A DNA stretch of 64,000 nucleotides from Desulfurococcales archaeon (GCA_027014955.1 JALWDA010000073.1:12926-76925), one strand, 5' to 3'. Positions 47,586 through 61,098 are shown, counted from the stretch's first letter. Program-made: numbers and translations. Notes: generated from the letters alone by a model not told the origin.

Positions 47586-48989
47586 ATGGAGCGTAGGACC
47601 AAGATACTCGCAACATTAGGCCCCTCCACGTCGGACGTGCGTATGATTAAGAAACTTGTTAAGGAAGGCGCCGATGCCTTCAGGATAAACTTCAGCCACG
47701 GTAATGAAAACCAGTGGTCGGAATTTGTCAAGTTCGTTAGGGAGATTGAGGGTGAAACGGGAAGGGGTATACCGTTAGTGGGGGACCTCCAGGGCCCTAA
47801 CGTCAGGCTTGGAAGAATAGTTAATGAAACAGGAGCCATTGACCTCAGGAGAGGTGGAAAGGTAGTAGTCGAGTATGGTGCAGAGAGTGAAGACGCACTA
47901 CCTGTCCCATTAAAGGCTTTCTTCGAGGTCCTCGAGAAAGGTGACGTCATCGTAATAGGTGATGGGCAGGTTGTGTTGGAGGTTGAAGAAGTCGACATGG
48001 ACAGGGCCATAGCAAAAGTGGTAGTGCCCGGGAAGGTCTCTAGCAGGAAGAGCGTTTATGTAAAAGACAAGCAAATCCCAATGCCTTTCATAACGGAGAA
48101 GGACCGTAACGACCTGATATTCGCAGTGAAAAACAGCTTCTCCTACATTCTGCTAAGCTTCGTCGAAAGTCCCTCACACATTGAAAAAGCAAGGGAATTC
48201 CTAAAATCCATAGGCGGTGACGAACTGGGCCTGATAGCCAAGATAGAGACAGCAAACGCGGTTTCCAACATAGAGGGCATAGTGAAGGCGTCAGACGGGG
48301 TAGTTGTCGCAAGGGGTGACCTAGGAACACACTTTCCCCTAGAAAAGCTCCCCAGCATACAGAGGAGGATAATAAGAACCGCACGTATAAAAGGAAAGAT
48401 CGGCGTCCTCGCAACCCAGCTCCTATCATCCATGCTCGAAAGCCCAGTACCTTCAAGAAGCGATGTGGTGGACATATATAATGGCGTCCTCCAAGGGGCG
48501 GATGTGATGATGCTCACGAATGAGACGGCTGTAGGCCGGTACCCTGCGGAGGCCGTCTCTTGGCTCAGGAGAGTTATAGTCGAAGCTGAAAAGGAATTAC
48601 AAGAACACCTGGAATCTCAAAGAGAGGCTGTTGAAGCCAATACTACTACAGAGAAGTTTGCTAAGGGCATTGTGGAGATGGCCAATAACCTGTCTGCACA
48701 CATTATTGTTTACACGAAGAGTGGTAAGACAGTCAGCCTGCTCTCTAGGTTCAGGCCCTCTAGAACAATATATGCGGGGACGTCCTCAATCAATGTTGCA
48801 AGGAAGATAAGGATGCTCTGGGGAGTTCACTCTCTCCTGATAAAGGCTAAGGACTATGCTGACGGCATTGATGAGACAAGGAACATTCTTCTAAGGGACA
48901 ACCTGATAGGATATGGCGAGACCGTTATTGAGACCTATAGGATAAGCACTGGCGAGAGTCACCATCTAAAAATTTACCAGGTAAGGTAA
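47586..48989 (+). CDS. pyk: Pyruvate kinase
   Basis: TKILATLGP, FRINFSHG, DLQGP, AKIET, VARGDLG, ATQLLSSM, MLTNETAVG. ATG at 47586 after GGTGGTG (track starts at 47574). Confidence 0.97.
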   Translation: MERRTKILATLGPSTSDVRMIKKLVKEGADAFRINFSHGNENQWSEFVKFVREIEGETGRGIPLVGDLQGPNVRLGRIVNETGAIDLRRGGKVVVEYGAESEDALPVPLKAFFEVLEKGDVIVIGDGQVVLEVEEVDMDRAIAKVVVPGKVSSRKSVYVKDKQIPMPFITEKDRNDLIFAVKNSFSYILLSFVESPSHIEKAREFLKSIGGDELGLIAKIETANAVSNIEGIVKASDGVVVARGDLGTHFPLEKLPSIQRRIIRTARIKGKIGVLATQLLSSMLESPVPSRSDVVDIYNGVLQGADVMMLTNETAVGRYPAEAVSWLRRVIVEAEKELQEHLESQREAVEANTTTEKFAKGIVEMANNLSAHIIVYTKSGKTVSLLSRFRPSRTIYAGTSSINVARKIRMLWGVHSLLIKAKDYADGIDETRNILLRDNLIGYGETVIETYRISTGESHHLKIYQVR

Positions 48990-49036
48990 GCAAAGGACAA
49001 GGCCTGAGCAAAAGAGATGAATCTAAAATAAGGAAA

Positions 49037-51793
49037 CTATGCTTTTACACCCTTATCCTTAAGAGCCGCATGCGCCGCCGCAAGTCTGGCCACTAGTATT
49101 CTGAAAGGCGATGCACTTACATAGTCAAGGCCGGCCTTATGGAAGAAGTGGATTGACTTGGGGTCTCCGCCATGCTCTCCGCAGATGCCTACTTCCAGTG
49201 ACGGGTTTGCGCTCCTCCCTTTCTCAACAGCCATTTTCACGAGTTGTCCTACACCTTTTTCGTCTATGGTCTCAAAGGGGTTGTACTCCAGCAGATCGAG
49301 CTCTAGGTACTGGGGCAGGAACTTGTTCTCAACATCATCTCTGCTGAAGCTGAACGTCGCCTGGGTGAGGTCGTTTGTGCCGAAGCTGAAGAACTCCACC
49401 TCTTTCGCTATCTCGTCGGCCACTAGGCATGACCTGACGGTCTCCATCATCGTGCCTATCTGGAACGGTATCTTCACGCCCAGTCTCTGCTCAACCTCCC
49501 TGGCGGTCGGAAGTATAGCCTTCTCCTTTACATACTTGATTTCAGAAGCTAATGCTACCTGGGGTATCATGATCTGGACCTTGGGATTATATCCCTCCTT
49601 TATCAGCTCGCCAGCTGCCTCTAGTATTGCGCGGGTCAGGCCCTTGTATATCTCTGGGAACGTCACGCCAACCCTTACTCCACGGTGACCCATCATCGGG
49701 TTGGCCTCTGTGAGCGCCTTCACCCTCCTATACAGCTTCTCTAACTTGCTGGTGTCTTGGCCCTTTGACTTGGCTTCATATATCTCCTCTAATAGCTCCT
49801 CGGGGCTTGGTAGGAACTCGTGGAGAGGCGGGTCTATGAGCCTAATGGTGACGGGGAGGCCGTCCATTATCTTCAGCATCTCTTTGAAGTCGGCCTTAAC
49901 CATGCTGGCCAGTTCCTCCATAGCCTTCTCCCGTTCCTCTCTGCTCTCCGCCAGAATTACCCTCCTGAGGACTTCTAGCCGCTCAGGTTTCCTGAACATA
50001 CGCTCGATCCTTAGAAGACCTATTCCCTCTGCGCCGTACTCTCTAGCAATCCTAGCGTCTTCAGGAACATCCGCGTTGGCCTTGACCCCAAGGCGCCTGA
50101 ACTCGTCAGCCCAGCTCAGGAGCGTCCCCAGCTCCTTACCAACGCTTGGCTTCACCGTGGGTATTTTTCCGAGATACACGTTACCAGTGTTACCATCTAT
50201 TGTTATCCAGTCTCCCTCGCGGACAACCGTGCCGTTAACCCGGAATACTTTCTCGTCGTACGATATCTTTATGGCCTCAGCTCCCACAACTGCTGGCTTA
50301 CCAATCCCCCTAGCAACCACCGCGGCGTGGGACGTCATACCACCTCTGCTTGTGAGTATTCCTTTCGCAGCATAGAATCCGTGAACGTCGTCAGGCTTAG
50401 TCTCCACTCTCACTAGTATGACTTCTTTCCCAGCCCTAGCCCACTCTACCGCTGTATCTGGGTCGAAGACGACCTGGCCACTAACAGCCCCTGGGGAGGC
50501 TGCCAGTCCCTTTGCTATTGGTTTTCCTGCCTTTGACTCGTCCACCCTGGGGTATAGTAGCTGGAGCACGTGCTCGGGTTGAACTTTCATAACGGCCTCT
50601 TCACGTGTTATTATCCCCTCGTTAGCCATGTCAACAGCGGTCTTCACGCGGGCGATTGGAGTCATTTTAGCATTGCGTGTCTGCAGGAAGAACAACTTGC
50701 CCTTCTCCACGGTGAACTCGACGTCCTGAACGTCCCTGTTTATCCGCTCGAGCTTCTTCACGTTCTTGTAGAGGTCTTCATAGAGTTCGGGGAACCTCTT
50801 CTTGAGCTCCGATATAGGCATTGGGGTCCTTATACCAGCTACCACGTCCTCGCCCTGGGCGTTAGGTAGATATTCTCCATACAGCTCGTTCTCACCAGTC
50901 GCAACGTTTCTCGAGAACACAACGCCTGTCCCCGAGTCCTCGCCCATGTTGCCGAAGGCCATGGACTGTACGTTGACAGCCGTGCACTCTGCCACCTCTG
51001 GCGTAATGTTGTGGGCGACCCTATAGAATATGGCTCGGGGGTTCATCCATGAGCGGAAAACTGCCTTTATGGCTAGCCTCAGTTGCTCGTAGGGGTCTTG
51101 GGGGAACTCTCCCCTCTCCCTTCTTATTATCTCCTTGAACCTCTCAACGATCTCTTTTAGACCCTCTACGGGTATCTCCACGTCGTATTTGGCCCCGTAT
51201 TTCTTCTTGACTTCCTCGAATGCGTCGTCGAATAGCTTCTCGTCTATGGTGAGCACTATCTTTCCGAAGAGCTGGAGGAACCTCCTGTAAGAATCGTAGG
51301 CGAACCACTCGTTACTAGTATTGCTGGCGAGACCCTTAACGGTCTCGTCATTAAGGCCCAGGTTAAGAACCGTGTCCATCATACCGGGCATAGATACTGG
51401 AGCACCTGACCTCACCGAGACCAGAAGCGGGTTCTGCGGGTCGCCGAAACCCCTCCCCCTCTTCTTTTCAAGCCTCCTCATATGCTCCCTAACTTCGTCC
51501 ATAAGACCCTCTGGCAAGTCAAGACTATCGATAATACCCCAAAGCTCCTCTATCAGCCTATCCCTCTCCTGGGGTGGGGGGTTCTTCTCCAGCCTCTTAA
51601 CGATTCTATCGATTTCTGCTTTACGGGGAGAGTAGAAGTCCTTACAGGCCTCGGTAGTTATAGTGAAGCCTGGGGGGACGGGCAGTCCTGCCTGTGTCAT
51701 TAGCGCTAGTCCCGCTCCTTTTCCTCCGAACAACTTCTTGTTGTTAGGGTCAGCCTCTTCGAAGTCGTACACGTATTTCTTGCCAGGGGCCAT
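49037..51793 (-). CDS. ppdK: Pyruvate,phosphate dikinase
   Basis: GGKGA, LLVSVRSGA.VSMPGMMDT, GGMTSHAAVVAR (phospho-His), SFGTNDLTQ, GICGEHGG. Confidence 0.97.
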   Translation of the reverse strand: MAPGKKYVYDFEEADPNNKKLFGGKGAGLALMTQAGLPVPPGFTITTEACKDFYSPRKAEIDRIVKRLEKNPPPQERDRLIEELWGIIDSLDLPEGLMDEVREHMRRLEKKRGRGFGDPQNPLLVSVRSGAPVSMPGMMDTVLNLGLNDETVKGLASNTSNEWFAYDSYRRFLQLFGKIVLTIDEKLFDDAFEEVKKKYGAKYDVEIPVEGLKEIVERFKEIIRRERGEFPQDPYEQLRLAIKAVFRSWMNPRAIFYRVAHNITPEVAECTAVNVQSMAFGNMGEDSGTGVVFSRNVATGENELYGEYLPNAQGEDVVAGIRTPMPISELKKRFPELYEDLYKNVKKLERINRDVQDVEFTVEKGKLFFLQTRNAKMTPIARVKTAVDMANEGIITREEAVMKVQPEHVLQLLYPRVDESKAGKPIAKGLAASPGAVSGQVVFDPDTAVEWARAGKEVILVRVETKPDDVHGFYAAKGILTSRGGMTSHAAVVARGIGKPAVVGAEAIKISYDEKVFRVNGTVVREGDWITIDGNTGNVYLGKIPTVKPSVGKELGTLLSWADEFRRLGVKANADVPEDARIAREYGAEGIGLLRIERMFRKPERLEVLRRVILAESREEREKAMEELASMVKADFKEMLKIMDGLPVTIRLIDPPLHEFLPSPEELLEEIYEAKSKGQDTSKLEKLYRRVKALTEANPMMGHRGVRVGVTFPEIYKGLTRAILEAAGELIKEGYNPKVQIMIPQVALASEIKYVKEKAILPTAREVEQRLGVKIPFQIGTMMETVRSCLVADEIAKEVEFFSFGTNDLTQATFSFSRDDVENKFLPQYLELDLLEYNPFETIDEKGVGQLVKMAVEKGRSANPSLEVGICGEHGGDPKSIHFFHKAGLDYVSASPFRILVARLAAAHAALKDKGVKA

Positions 51794-51994
51794 AGAAGGT
51801 CACCTCACAATAGGGGTTAGGGTTCCCGCACTTTTAATGAATATATAATTTTTGTGGAGAATAAATGTTTACTCTAGAACTTTATTGGGGTAACCCTTAG
51901 TACTGGGTCACGGTATTTACCATTTTGGCAACTATTGCTAAAAACCAAGAACACTTACTACAAGGCATTTTCAAATAACTTGAACAGGTGATAC

Positions 51995-52070
51995 GGGGTT
52001 CAGAGAGAGGAAGATGAGGACCACGTCTTCACAGGGCGTGCCTCAGCGAGTAGGGGCCTCAACATCCCCC
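51995..52070 (-). ncRNA. Box C/D sRNA candidate with terminal stem
   Basis: Minus strand reads GGGGG-ATGTTGA-GGCCCCTACTCG-CTGA-GGCACGCCCT-GTGAAGA-CGTGGTCCTCATCTTCCTCTCT-CTGA-ACCCC. Confidence 0.62.
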
Positions 52071-52132
52071 AATAGCTTGTAAGCAGATCATGCCTTAATT
52101 ATAGTGTGCCCCCGATTCAGGGACGGGCAATC

Positions 52133-53158
52133 CTAGTAGGGTGCATTCCATCCCTCGGGGCACCCATTGCCGAACCTGATGGGTTTCTCCAGTTGGGATA
52201 ACAGGACGACTCTGCTGGGCTTGCTCTCGCTCCTAACAGGGTACCCTGTGGCCTTCGAGAGTTTTTCTGAAAACTGCCTCACCTCGTCATGGGTGGGCAT
52301 GTTGCTACGGTTAAGCCTCTGCATGCTTGCCCCCACGTACATGTATGCTTTGGCCTCAATGTAGGTGGGCTGCATAAGGTCCACTAGCTTCGCGAAGCCC
52401 TCTACAGCCTTGTCATCCATGTTTATGCCCTTGATGAGAGTTATTCTCATGACCGTGGGGCTAGGGTAGTCTCTTAGTCCCTTTAGGGTCTCCAGCGTCA
52501 GCTCCCACGCTCTCTTGACTAATGGTCTATCTAACCACATGTACATTTCCTTGTTATACGCCTCTACGCTCACGTATAGTTGGCTGGGCGGCTCCTCCAT
52601 GTTGAGTATCATGTCAGGTCTAACACCACGTGTCACGAGGAAGGTCGTCAGACCTCTCTTGTGGAAGGCCTTAATTAGATCGGGGAGCTTGTCATAGAGC
52701 GTGGGCTCCCCTGTTAGGCTAATCGCAACATGTTTGGGTCTCGTGGCCTCCTCGTAATACTTCCTATTCGCCCTGGGATTCCCCTTGTAGCCCGTAAGCA
52801 ATTTAACGTGGGTCTCTATGACCTTGTCCGCGAGCTCCTCGACATCCTCCTCAGGATACTGGGGCATTCTGGCTTCATCCCAGTACACCCCCACGTCCTG
52901 CGGCCTCAGCCGCCAGCAGTGTATACAAGCATTCCAGCACCAGTATGCGGCGGGGCTCATCTGGATACAGCGGTGGCTCTCAATGCCATAGAACTTGCAC
53001 TTGTAGCAGAACCGGTTCTGTGTAAGCGCATATCTTGTCCACGCGCACGTCTTGACAACCGTATGTTCTCCCACAAAGTGGTAGCCTTGCTTCGTCATTA
53101 TCTTCCTCAGTATATCATAGGCTCCCTGCTTGTCACTAACAGGTCTCAGGCTGAGCAC
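52133..53158 (-). CDS. taw1: 4-demethylwyosine synthase TYW1/Taw1 (radical SAM)
   Basis: HTVVKTC.W, CYK.KFYGI.SHRC.QM, CWNAC.HCWR, AISL.GEPT, EAKAYM.VG.S. Confidence 0.95.
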   Translation of the reverse strand: MLSLRPVSDKQGAYDILRKIMTKQGYHFVGEHTVVKTCAWTRYALTQNRFCYKCKFYGIESHRCIQMSPAAYWCWNACIHCWRLRPQDVGVYWDEARMPQYPEEDVEELADKVIETHVKLLTGYKGNPRANRKYYEEATRPKHVAISLTGEPTLYDKLPDLIKAFHKRGLTTFLVTRGVRPDMILNMEEPPSQLYVSVEAYNKEMYMWLDRPLVKRAWELTLETLKGLRDYPSPTVMRITLIKGINMDDKAVEGFAKLVDLMQPTYIEAKAYMYVGASMQRLNRSNMPTHDEVRQFSEKLSKATGYPVRSESKPSRVVLLSQLEKPIRFGNGCPEGWNAPY

Positions 53159-53347
53159 CTTAACACCTCGATCCCCACGGGATTACAAGACGCCATTGTA
53201 TGCATTAGTCGTGTACCTATTTAATAAGGTCTCGTAAGTAAGCATGCCAGGTTATGAATAGCCGGAACTGATACAGTGTGGAGAAGGCGTAAACGTGCAC
53301 AAATATATCCCATATTCCTAGATAGAGAGGGATTGGTGACACCTGCT

Positions 53348-54073
53348 ATGGGTCCACCCTTCCATATCTTGGCTAAGAAGGGAGATGTAGCCGAAAGGGT
53401 GATAGTTGCAGGAGACCCCGCCCGGGTAAAGCAACTTGCACAAATGCTAGACAATCCCCGGCTGGTTAACGAGAACAGGCAGCTACTGGTATACACGGGA
53501 GAGTACAAGGGGATCCCCCTAACCGTGGCTACCCATGGGATAGGCTCGGGAAGCGCGACTATCGTGTTCGAGGAGCTCAGGATGCTTGGGGCCAGGCTAA
53601 TGATACGGCTAGGTACGGCGGGCGGCATGTCACCCGACTTGAAAGTCGGAGACTTCATAATAGCGACAGGAGCAGCGACCTTATGCAACGGGAACTCCCT
53701 TGGAATGTATATGCCCGGCTACTGCCTACCCGCATCCCCCAGCCCTGATGTGACGATGAACCTCATAAAAGAGGTGGAGCATTCTGGAGAGAAGGCTATA
53801 ACTACGCCTGTATTCAGCAGTGATGCCTTTTACGCTGAGGACCCTGACTTTGCCAAGAAATGGAGCGATAAGGGAGTCAAGGCCGTCGAGATGGAGTGTG
53901 CCAGCCTCTTTGCTCTTGGCTGGATGAGAGGCTTCAAGACGGGAGCCCTCCTCATGATAAGCGATATGTTGGTGGGGGAGAAGACAGAGCTACTAACAGC
54001 AGAGCAACTTGCACCCAGGGTGGAGAAGGCTTCAAGGATAGTGTTCGAGGCAGCTATTAAGACGCCCGTCTAA
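53348..54073 (+). CDS. deoD: Hexameric purine nucleoside phosphorylase (DeoD/MTAP-I type)
   Basis: FHI...GDPAR, ENR, HGIG..S, IRLGTAG, SSDAFYAE, VEMEC, ISD. ATG at 53348 after GGTGA (track starts at 53276). Confidence 0.9.
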   Translation: MGPPFHILAKKGDVAERVIVAGDPARVKQLAQMLDNPRLVNENRQLLVYTGEYKGIPLTVATHGIGSGSATIVFEELRMLGARLMIRLGTAGGMSPDLKVGDFIIATGAATLCNGNSLGMYMPGYCLPASPSPDVTMNLIKEVEHSGEKAITTPVFSSDAFYAEDPDFAKKWSDKGVKAVEMECASLFALGWMRGFKTGALLMISDMLVGEKTELLTAEQLAPRVEKASRIVFEAAIKTPV

Positions 54074-54270
54074 GAGGTCACATACTTGGGCATAACAATA
54101 GCCGTCACAGATCTCCCTACTAAGCTGTTTTTCTCTATAATGATTATTTTATGGCAGTTGGAAAACACGAGATATTGTAACTAGACTATTAGGGAATGGT
54201 CGTGGATGCTAGACTCTGGGCGAATTCTTAATAACTTATGTGAAGCGTCAAAAGGGGGAGATTACAAGAG

Positions 54271-54876
54271 ATGGGCAGAAACCCCGCACCCTTGCCCCAG
54301 GAATGGTACGCAAGAGACCCCAAAAGAGTCGCCCTAGAACTTCTGGGAAAGATACTGGTGAGGAAGACGCCTGATAACGTCACTATAAAGTGCATGATAA
54401 CGGAGACTGAGGCCTACTATGGTCCCGAGGACCCGGCGTCGAGAGCTAGAAAGGGTGGAGACCTTCGCGAGGTTATGGGAGGGCCGGTGGGACACGCGCT
54501 TGTCTACGGGGTTCACAAGCAGTGGCTACTTAACGTAGTTGCCCATAAGCCGGGCGAGTATGGAGCAGTCCTCTTCAGAAGCTGTGAGCCGCTGGAGGGC
54601 CTTGAGCTTATGATGAGGAACAGGGGTGTGGATAATGTTAAGCTGCTGACCACGGGGCCTGGACGCCTTACGCGGGCACTGTTGATTGACAAGAGCTTTC
54701 ATAAGAAACCCATGTATGTCGTGTCACATGGCCTTTGGATAGAAGATGAGGGTTTTGACGTGAGGGAAAGTGATATTGTCTCGAGCCATAGGATAGGTGT
54801 TAGGGAAGACTTGCCCGAGAAGCTAAGGTTTATCCTTAAGACAAGCCCCTATATATCTAAACCTCCCCGGGGATGA
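54271..54876 (+). CDS. mpg: 3-methyladenine DNA glycosylase (MPG/AAG family)
   Basis: LLGKILV, ITETEAY.G.EDPAS, LNVV, AVLFRS.EP..G, GPGRLT.AL, RIGV. Confidence 0.92.
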   Translation: MGRNPAPLPQEWYARDPKRVALELLGKILVRKTPDNVTIKCMITETEAYYGPEDPASRARKGGDLREVMGGPVGHALVYGVHKQWLLNVVAHKPGEYGAVLFRSCEPLEGLELMMRNRGVDNVKLLTTGPGRLTRALLIDKSFHKKPMYVVSHGLWIEDEGFDVRESDIVSSHRIGVREDLPEKLRFILKTSPYISKPPRG

Positions 54877-55325
54877 AGTCTATGAGTAAGGAAGACGAGG
54901 GGCATGTTATAGAGGGCGTCCCAGGCCATGTGGCATGGCGGGGCTGGGCAAGGGAGTTACAGCGCATGCTGAGGAGCTATGGCCTTTCCTATGAAGCCGA
55001 ATTAGACCACACCCGTATTCACCTCAAGGGCGTCCTCATACAAGTATACCCTGACCCCAAGGGCTACGTGATAGACGCCAGCCTGCCACTGCCACTAGGT
55101 GGCGAGGACCCTGATTTCCTTTCTGAAATCCTCGAGGGCTTTAGAACAATACTTACCCTGATAAACAGCGCCCGTGGGGTGAGACCCGTCTACGAGCTAG
55201 ATACCAGCCTCCCCTATAATCCTTCCCTCCATACAATCATTCACTATAGCGACCCAGATAGCCTAATTTCCACCATGAAGACGTTTCTCGACACAATGTT
55301 CAGTGCAAGCGAGGAGGAAAAATAG
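54873..55325 (+). CDS. Hypothetical protein
   Basis: 150 aa ORF overlapping the mpg stop (ATGA); no family recognised. Confidence 0.6.
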   Translation: MKSMSKEDEGHVIEGVPGHVAWRGWARELQRMLRSYGLSYEAELDHTRIHLKGVLIQVYPDPKGYVIDASLPLPLGGEDPDFLSEILEGFRTILTLINSARGVRPVYELDTSLPYNPSLHTIIHYSDPDSLISTMKTFLDTMFSASEEEK

Positions 55326-55473
55326 CCCTGTAATCCACTTACCCTTATCTTGATACGTCGAACATCATTGTGAAAAAGGACAAAAAACGCTCAAAGACTA
55401 GGTTGGACACGGTCGTTTTAAGATAAAAAAGCATACATTGAAGCCTCGTAGTTGGATAAAAATACAGATAATG

Positions 55474-55962
55474 TCAGCTACTGGACGCTACCTCCATCGC
55501 TCTCTTAACTACCTCGTCATAGTCTGGTTCGACAAGAGGGTCGTCGCTAACCCATTTCCACGCGACCTTGCCCTCCTTGTCTATTATGAAGACAGCCCTC
55601 TTGGCTAGTCCTTTGAGGCCCTTAAGGTCCTCTAGCACGACGTTGTATTTCTTTATAACCTCCTTGTTGAAGTCGCTTAGAAGGTCAAAGCCCAACCTGT
55701 TCTTCTCTTTGAACTCTTTCAACGAGAAGGGAAGGTCAACGCTTATTCCCACGACCTTCGCGTTAGCCTTTTCGAGCAGTGCCATGCGGTCCCTGAAATT
55801 GCAGAGTTCGTTGGTACACACGGGGCTAAAGGCTGCGGGGAAGAATACAAGTATCACGGGTTTCCCATCTTTTAGGAGGTCCCCCAGGCTGACGGGCTGG
55901 AAGTCTTGGTTGTACAACGTGAATTCAGGAGCCTTTTCCCCAACTTCTACCATTTCAACCAC
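55474..55962 (-). CDS. Peroxiredoxin (Bcp/PrxQ-like)
   Basis: FFPAAFSPVCTNELC, GISVD, LLSD, RAVFIID. Confidence 0.93.
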   Translation of the reverse strand: MVEMVEVGEKAPEFTLYNQDFQPVSLGDLLKDGKPVILVFFPAAFSPVCTNELCNFRDRMALLEKANAKVVGISVDLPFSLKEFKEKNRLGFDLLSDFNKEVIKKYNVVLEDLKGLKGLAKRAVFIIDKEGKVAWKWVSDDPLVEPDYDEVVKRAMEVASSS

Positions 55963-56245
55963 CCTTGAATCCGTTTGAGAGTATGGTTTATTTCGGAAAT
56001 ATCGTCGTCAGGGGTTTATAGGGTGGTGTAATTACCTTCCATGACACGGGCTTTCTCGAGTACTCGCAGAGTGTATATATACGTGGTAAATAAGCGCCTT
56101 AACACTCAGTCATCAGTTATGTGCAGAATATAGTAATTATTCTTAATAATTCATAAATGAAAAAGTTTATTCACGCCAATCCTTAAACCATCCCAATAAT
56201 AGCCCCCCTAATTATACGAACAAAGCGGGGCGAAGTGAGGAAGCC

Positions 56246-59117
<2,872 letters not shown>

Positions 59118-59156
59118 TTACTCACCCGATTTTACAAGGCCCGTCTAGGAGTCCAG

Positions 59157-59162
59157 TTTTTT
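59157..59162 (+). terminator. Oligo-T terminator after the oxidoreductase operon
   Basis: T6 tract about 40 nt after the stop codon. Confidence 0.45.
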
Positions 59163-59329
59163 ATCAATATTGTTTAATCACACCGTCTATCTTTGTCTCC
59201 CTTCTGCACCCGTTTGCCCCAAGCATAGTCTGTAGCAAGTAATTGAAATTAAGGGGAAGAGGGCAACGTAATTTACTAGATCAATATGTATTCCAAGCCA
59301 AAGCCCCATGTAGGAGAAGGGTGGCCTTC

Positions 59330-61075
59330 TTGGTTGAGACGATAAACCATGACGTGGTAATAATAGGTTCTGGCCTGGCTGGCCTCAGGGCAGCCGTGGA
59401 GATAATGAGGATGTTCGAGGAGAAGGTCAACGTAGGCATAATATCCAAGGTACAGTTGATGCGAAGCCACAGTGTGTCGGCCGAGGGTGGCACCGCGGCT
59501 GTCCTCTACCCTGACGAGGGGGACAGTATAGCGCTTCACGCGTGGGATACAGTTAAGGGCTCTGACTTCCTCGCCGACCAAGATGCTGTCTGGACCCTGG
59601 TATCCCACATGCCTCAGGAAATATACCTCCTTGAACACTGGGGGATTCTCTGGAGCAGGAGAGAAGACGGACGCATAGCCCAGAGGTATTTCGGAGGCCA
59701 GACCTTCCCTAGGACAGTATACGCTGGTGACAAGACTGGGCTCTTCGAGATGCAGACCCTATATGGAAAACTACAGGAATATGATAACTACGAGAGGTAC
59801 GACGAGTGGTTCGTGACTTCATACGTTATAGAGGATGGCGAGTATAGGGGCGTAACAGCGATTAATATGAAGGATGGGAACCTGTATCTGTTCAGAAGCA
59901 AGGCGGTCATCATAGCAACAGGTGGAGGGGGTAGGGTCTACGGGTTTAGCACATACGGTCACACTGTTACGGGAGACGGCCTCGCTATGGCCTACAGGGC
60001 GGGCATACCGCTAAAAGACATGGAGTTCTACCAGTTCCACCCAACCGGTATAATACCCTCAGGAATATTGGTCACGGAGGGAGCCAGGGGAGAAGGGGGC
60101 ATTCTTCTGAACAAGAACGGGGAACGGTTCATGAAAAAATATGCACCCACTAAGATGGAACTCGCCCCCAGAGACATAGTCTCAAGGGCCATGTTCACCG
60201 AGATGAAGGAGGGAAGGGGATTCAAGGACGAAGAAAGCGGGTTAGAGTACCTCCTTCTAGATCTGAGGCACCTCGGCGAGGAAAAGCTCAACGAGAGGCT
60301 CCCCCTGGTCAGGGAAGTTGCAATAAAGTTCGCCGGAGTGGACCCAGCCGAGGAACCCATACCAGTTAGGCCCGTGGCCCACTACACCATGGGGGGCATA
60401 CACGCGGATATAAGGGGACGGGTTCTCGACGCGCAGGGCAGATGGATAAAAGGCATGTGGGTGGCAGGTGAAGCGGCTGCCTATAGTGTCCACGGTGCCA
60501 ACAGGCTGGGCTCAAACAGTACAGCTGAGTGCCTGGTATGGGGCAAGATAACGGGTAGGGAAGCCGGCCTATACGCATTGAAGTCGCCCTCACTACCACC
60601 TATGCCGTCGAATGAAAAAGTCGCGGGCGAGGAAAAGAGGCTCTTCGATGGACTTCTCAAGAGGGAAAGTGGCAAGGAAACCGCGTACCAGATAAAGAAG
60701 GAGCTTAACCATGTAATGGACACACATGTCTACGTTTATAGGAATGAGGAGGGGTTGAGAAAGGCACTGTCGAAGATAAGGGAGCTTAAAGAAAGGTTCA
60801 AGAACGTGGCTCCCAGCGACAAGTCCCGTATTTACAATACTGATTTCATAACAGTGCTCGAGACAGAGAACCTGCTGGACATAGCCGAGGTGATAGTAGT
60901 GGGAGCACTGGAGCGTAGGGAGAGCAGGGGAAGCCACGCGAGGACTGATTACCCCAAGAGGGACGACGAGAACTGGCTCAAGCACACCCTTGCTACGTAT
61001 AGTAGAGACGGGCCTGTGCTCAGCTACTGGCCCGTGACCATAACAACTTGGAAACCCGTTGAGAGAAAATACTAG
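59330..61075 (+). CDS. sdhA: Succinate dehydrogenase/fumarate reductase flavoprotein
   Basis: GSGLAGLRAA, RSHSVSAEGG (FAD-His), QFHPTG, HYTMGG, HGANRLGSNS, ESRGSH. TTG at 59330 is the likely start (track starts at 59243). Confidence 0.96.
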   Translation: MVETINHDVVIIGSGLAGLRAAVEIMRMFEEKVNVGIISKVQLMRSHSVSAEGGTAAVLYPDEGDSIALHAWDTVKGSDFLADQDAVWTLVSHMPQEIYLLEHWGILWSRREDGRIAQRYFGGQTFPRTVYAGDKTGLFEMQTLYGKLQEYDNYERYDEWFVTSYVIEDGEYRGVTAINMKDGNLYLFRSKAVIIATGGGGRVYGFSTYGHTVTGDGLAMAYRAGIPLKDMEFYQFHPTGIIPSGILVTEGARGEGGILLNKNGERFMKKYAPTKMELAPRDIVSRAMFTEMKEGRGFKDEESGLEYLLLDLRHLGEEKLNERLPLVREVAIKFAGVDPAEEPIPVRPVAHYTMGGIHADIRGRVLDAQGRWIKGMWVAGEAAAYSVHGANRLGSNSTAECLVWGKITGREAGLYALKSPSLPPMPSNEKVAGEEKRLFDGLLKRESGKETAYQIKKELNHVMDTHVYVYRNEEGLRKALSKIRELKERFKNVAPSDKSRIYNTDFITVLETENLLDIAEVIVVGALERRESRGSHARTDYPKRDDENWLKHTLATYSRDGPVLSYWPVTITTWKPVERKY

Positions 61076-61098
61076 GCAGTAGATGGAGGTGCGATAGG

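Noticed and set aside
59211..59268. Imperfect inverted repeat upstream of sdhA
   Set aside because: Short and imperfect with a long spacer; compatible with chance
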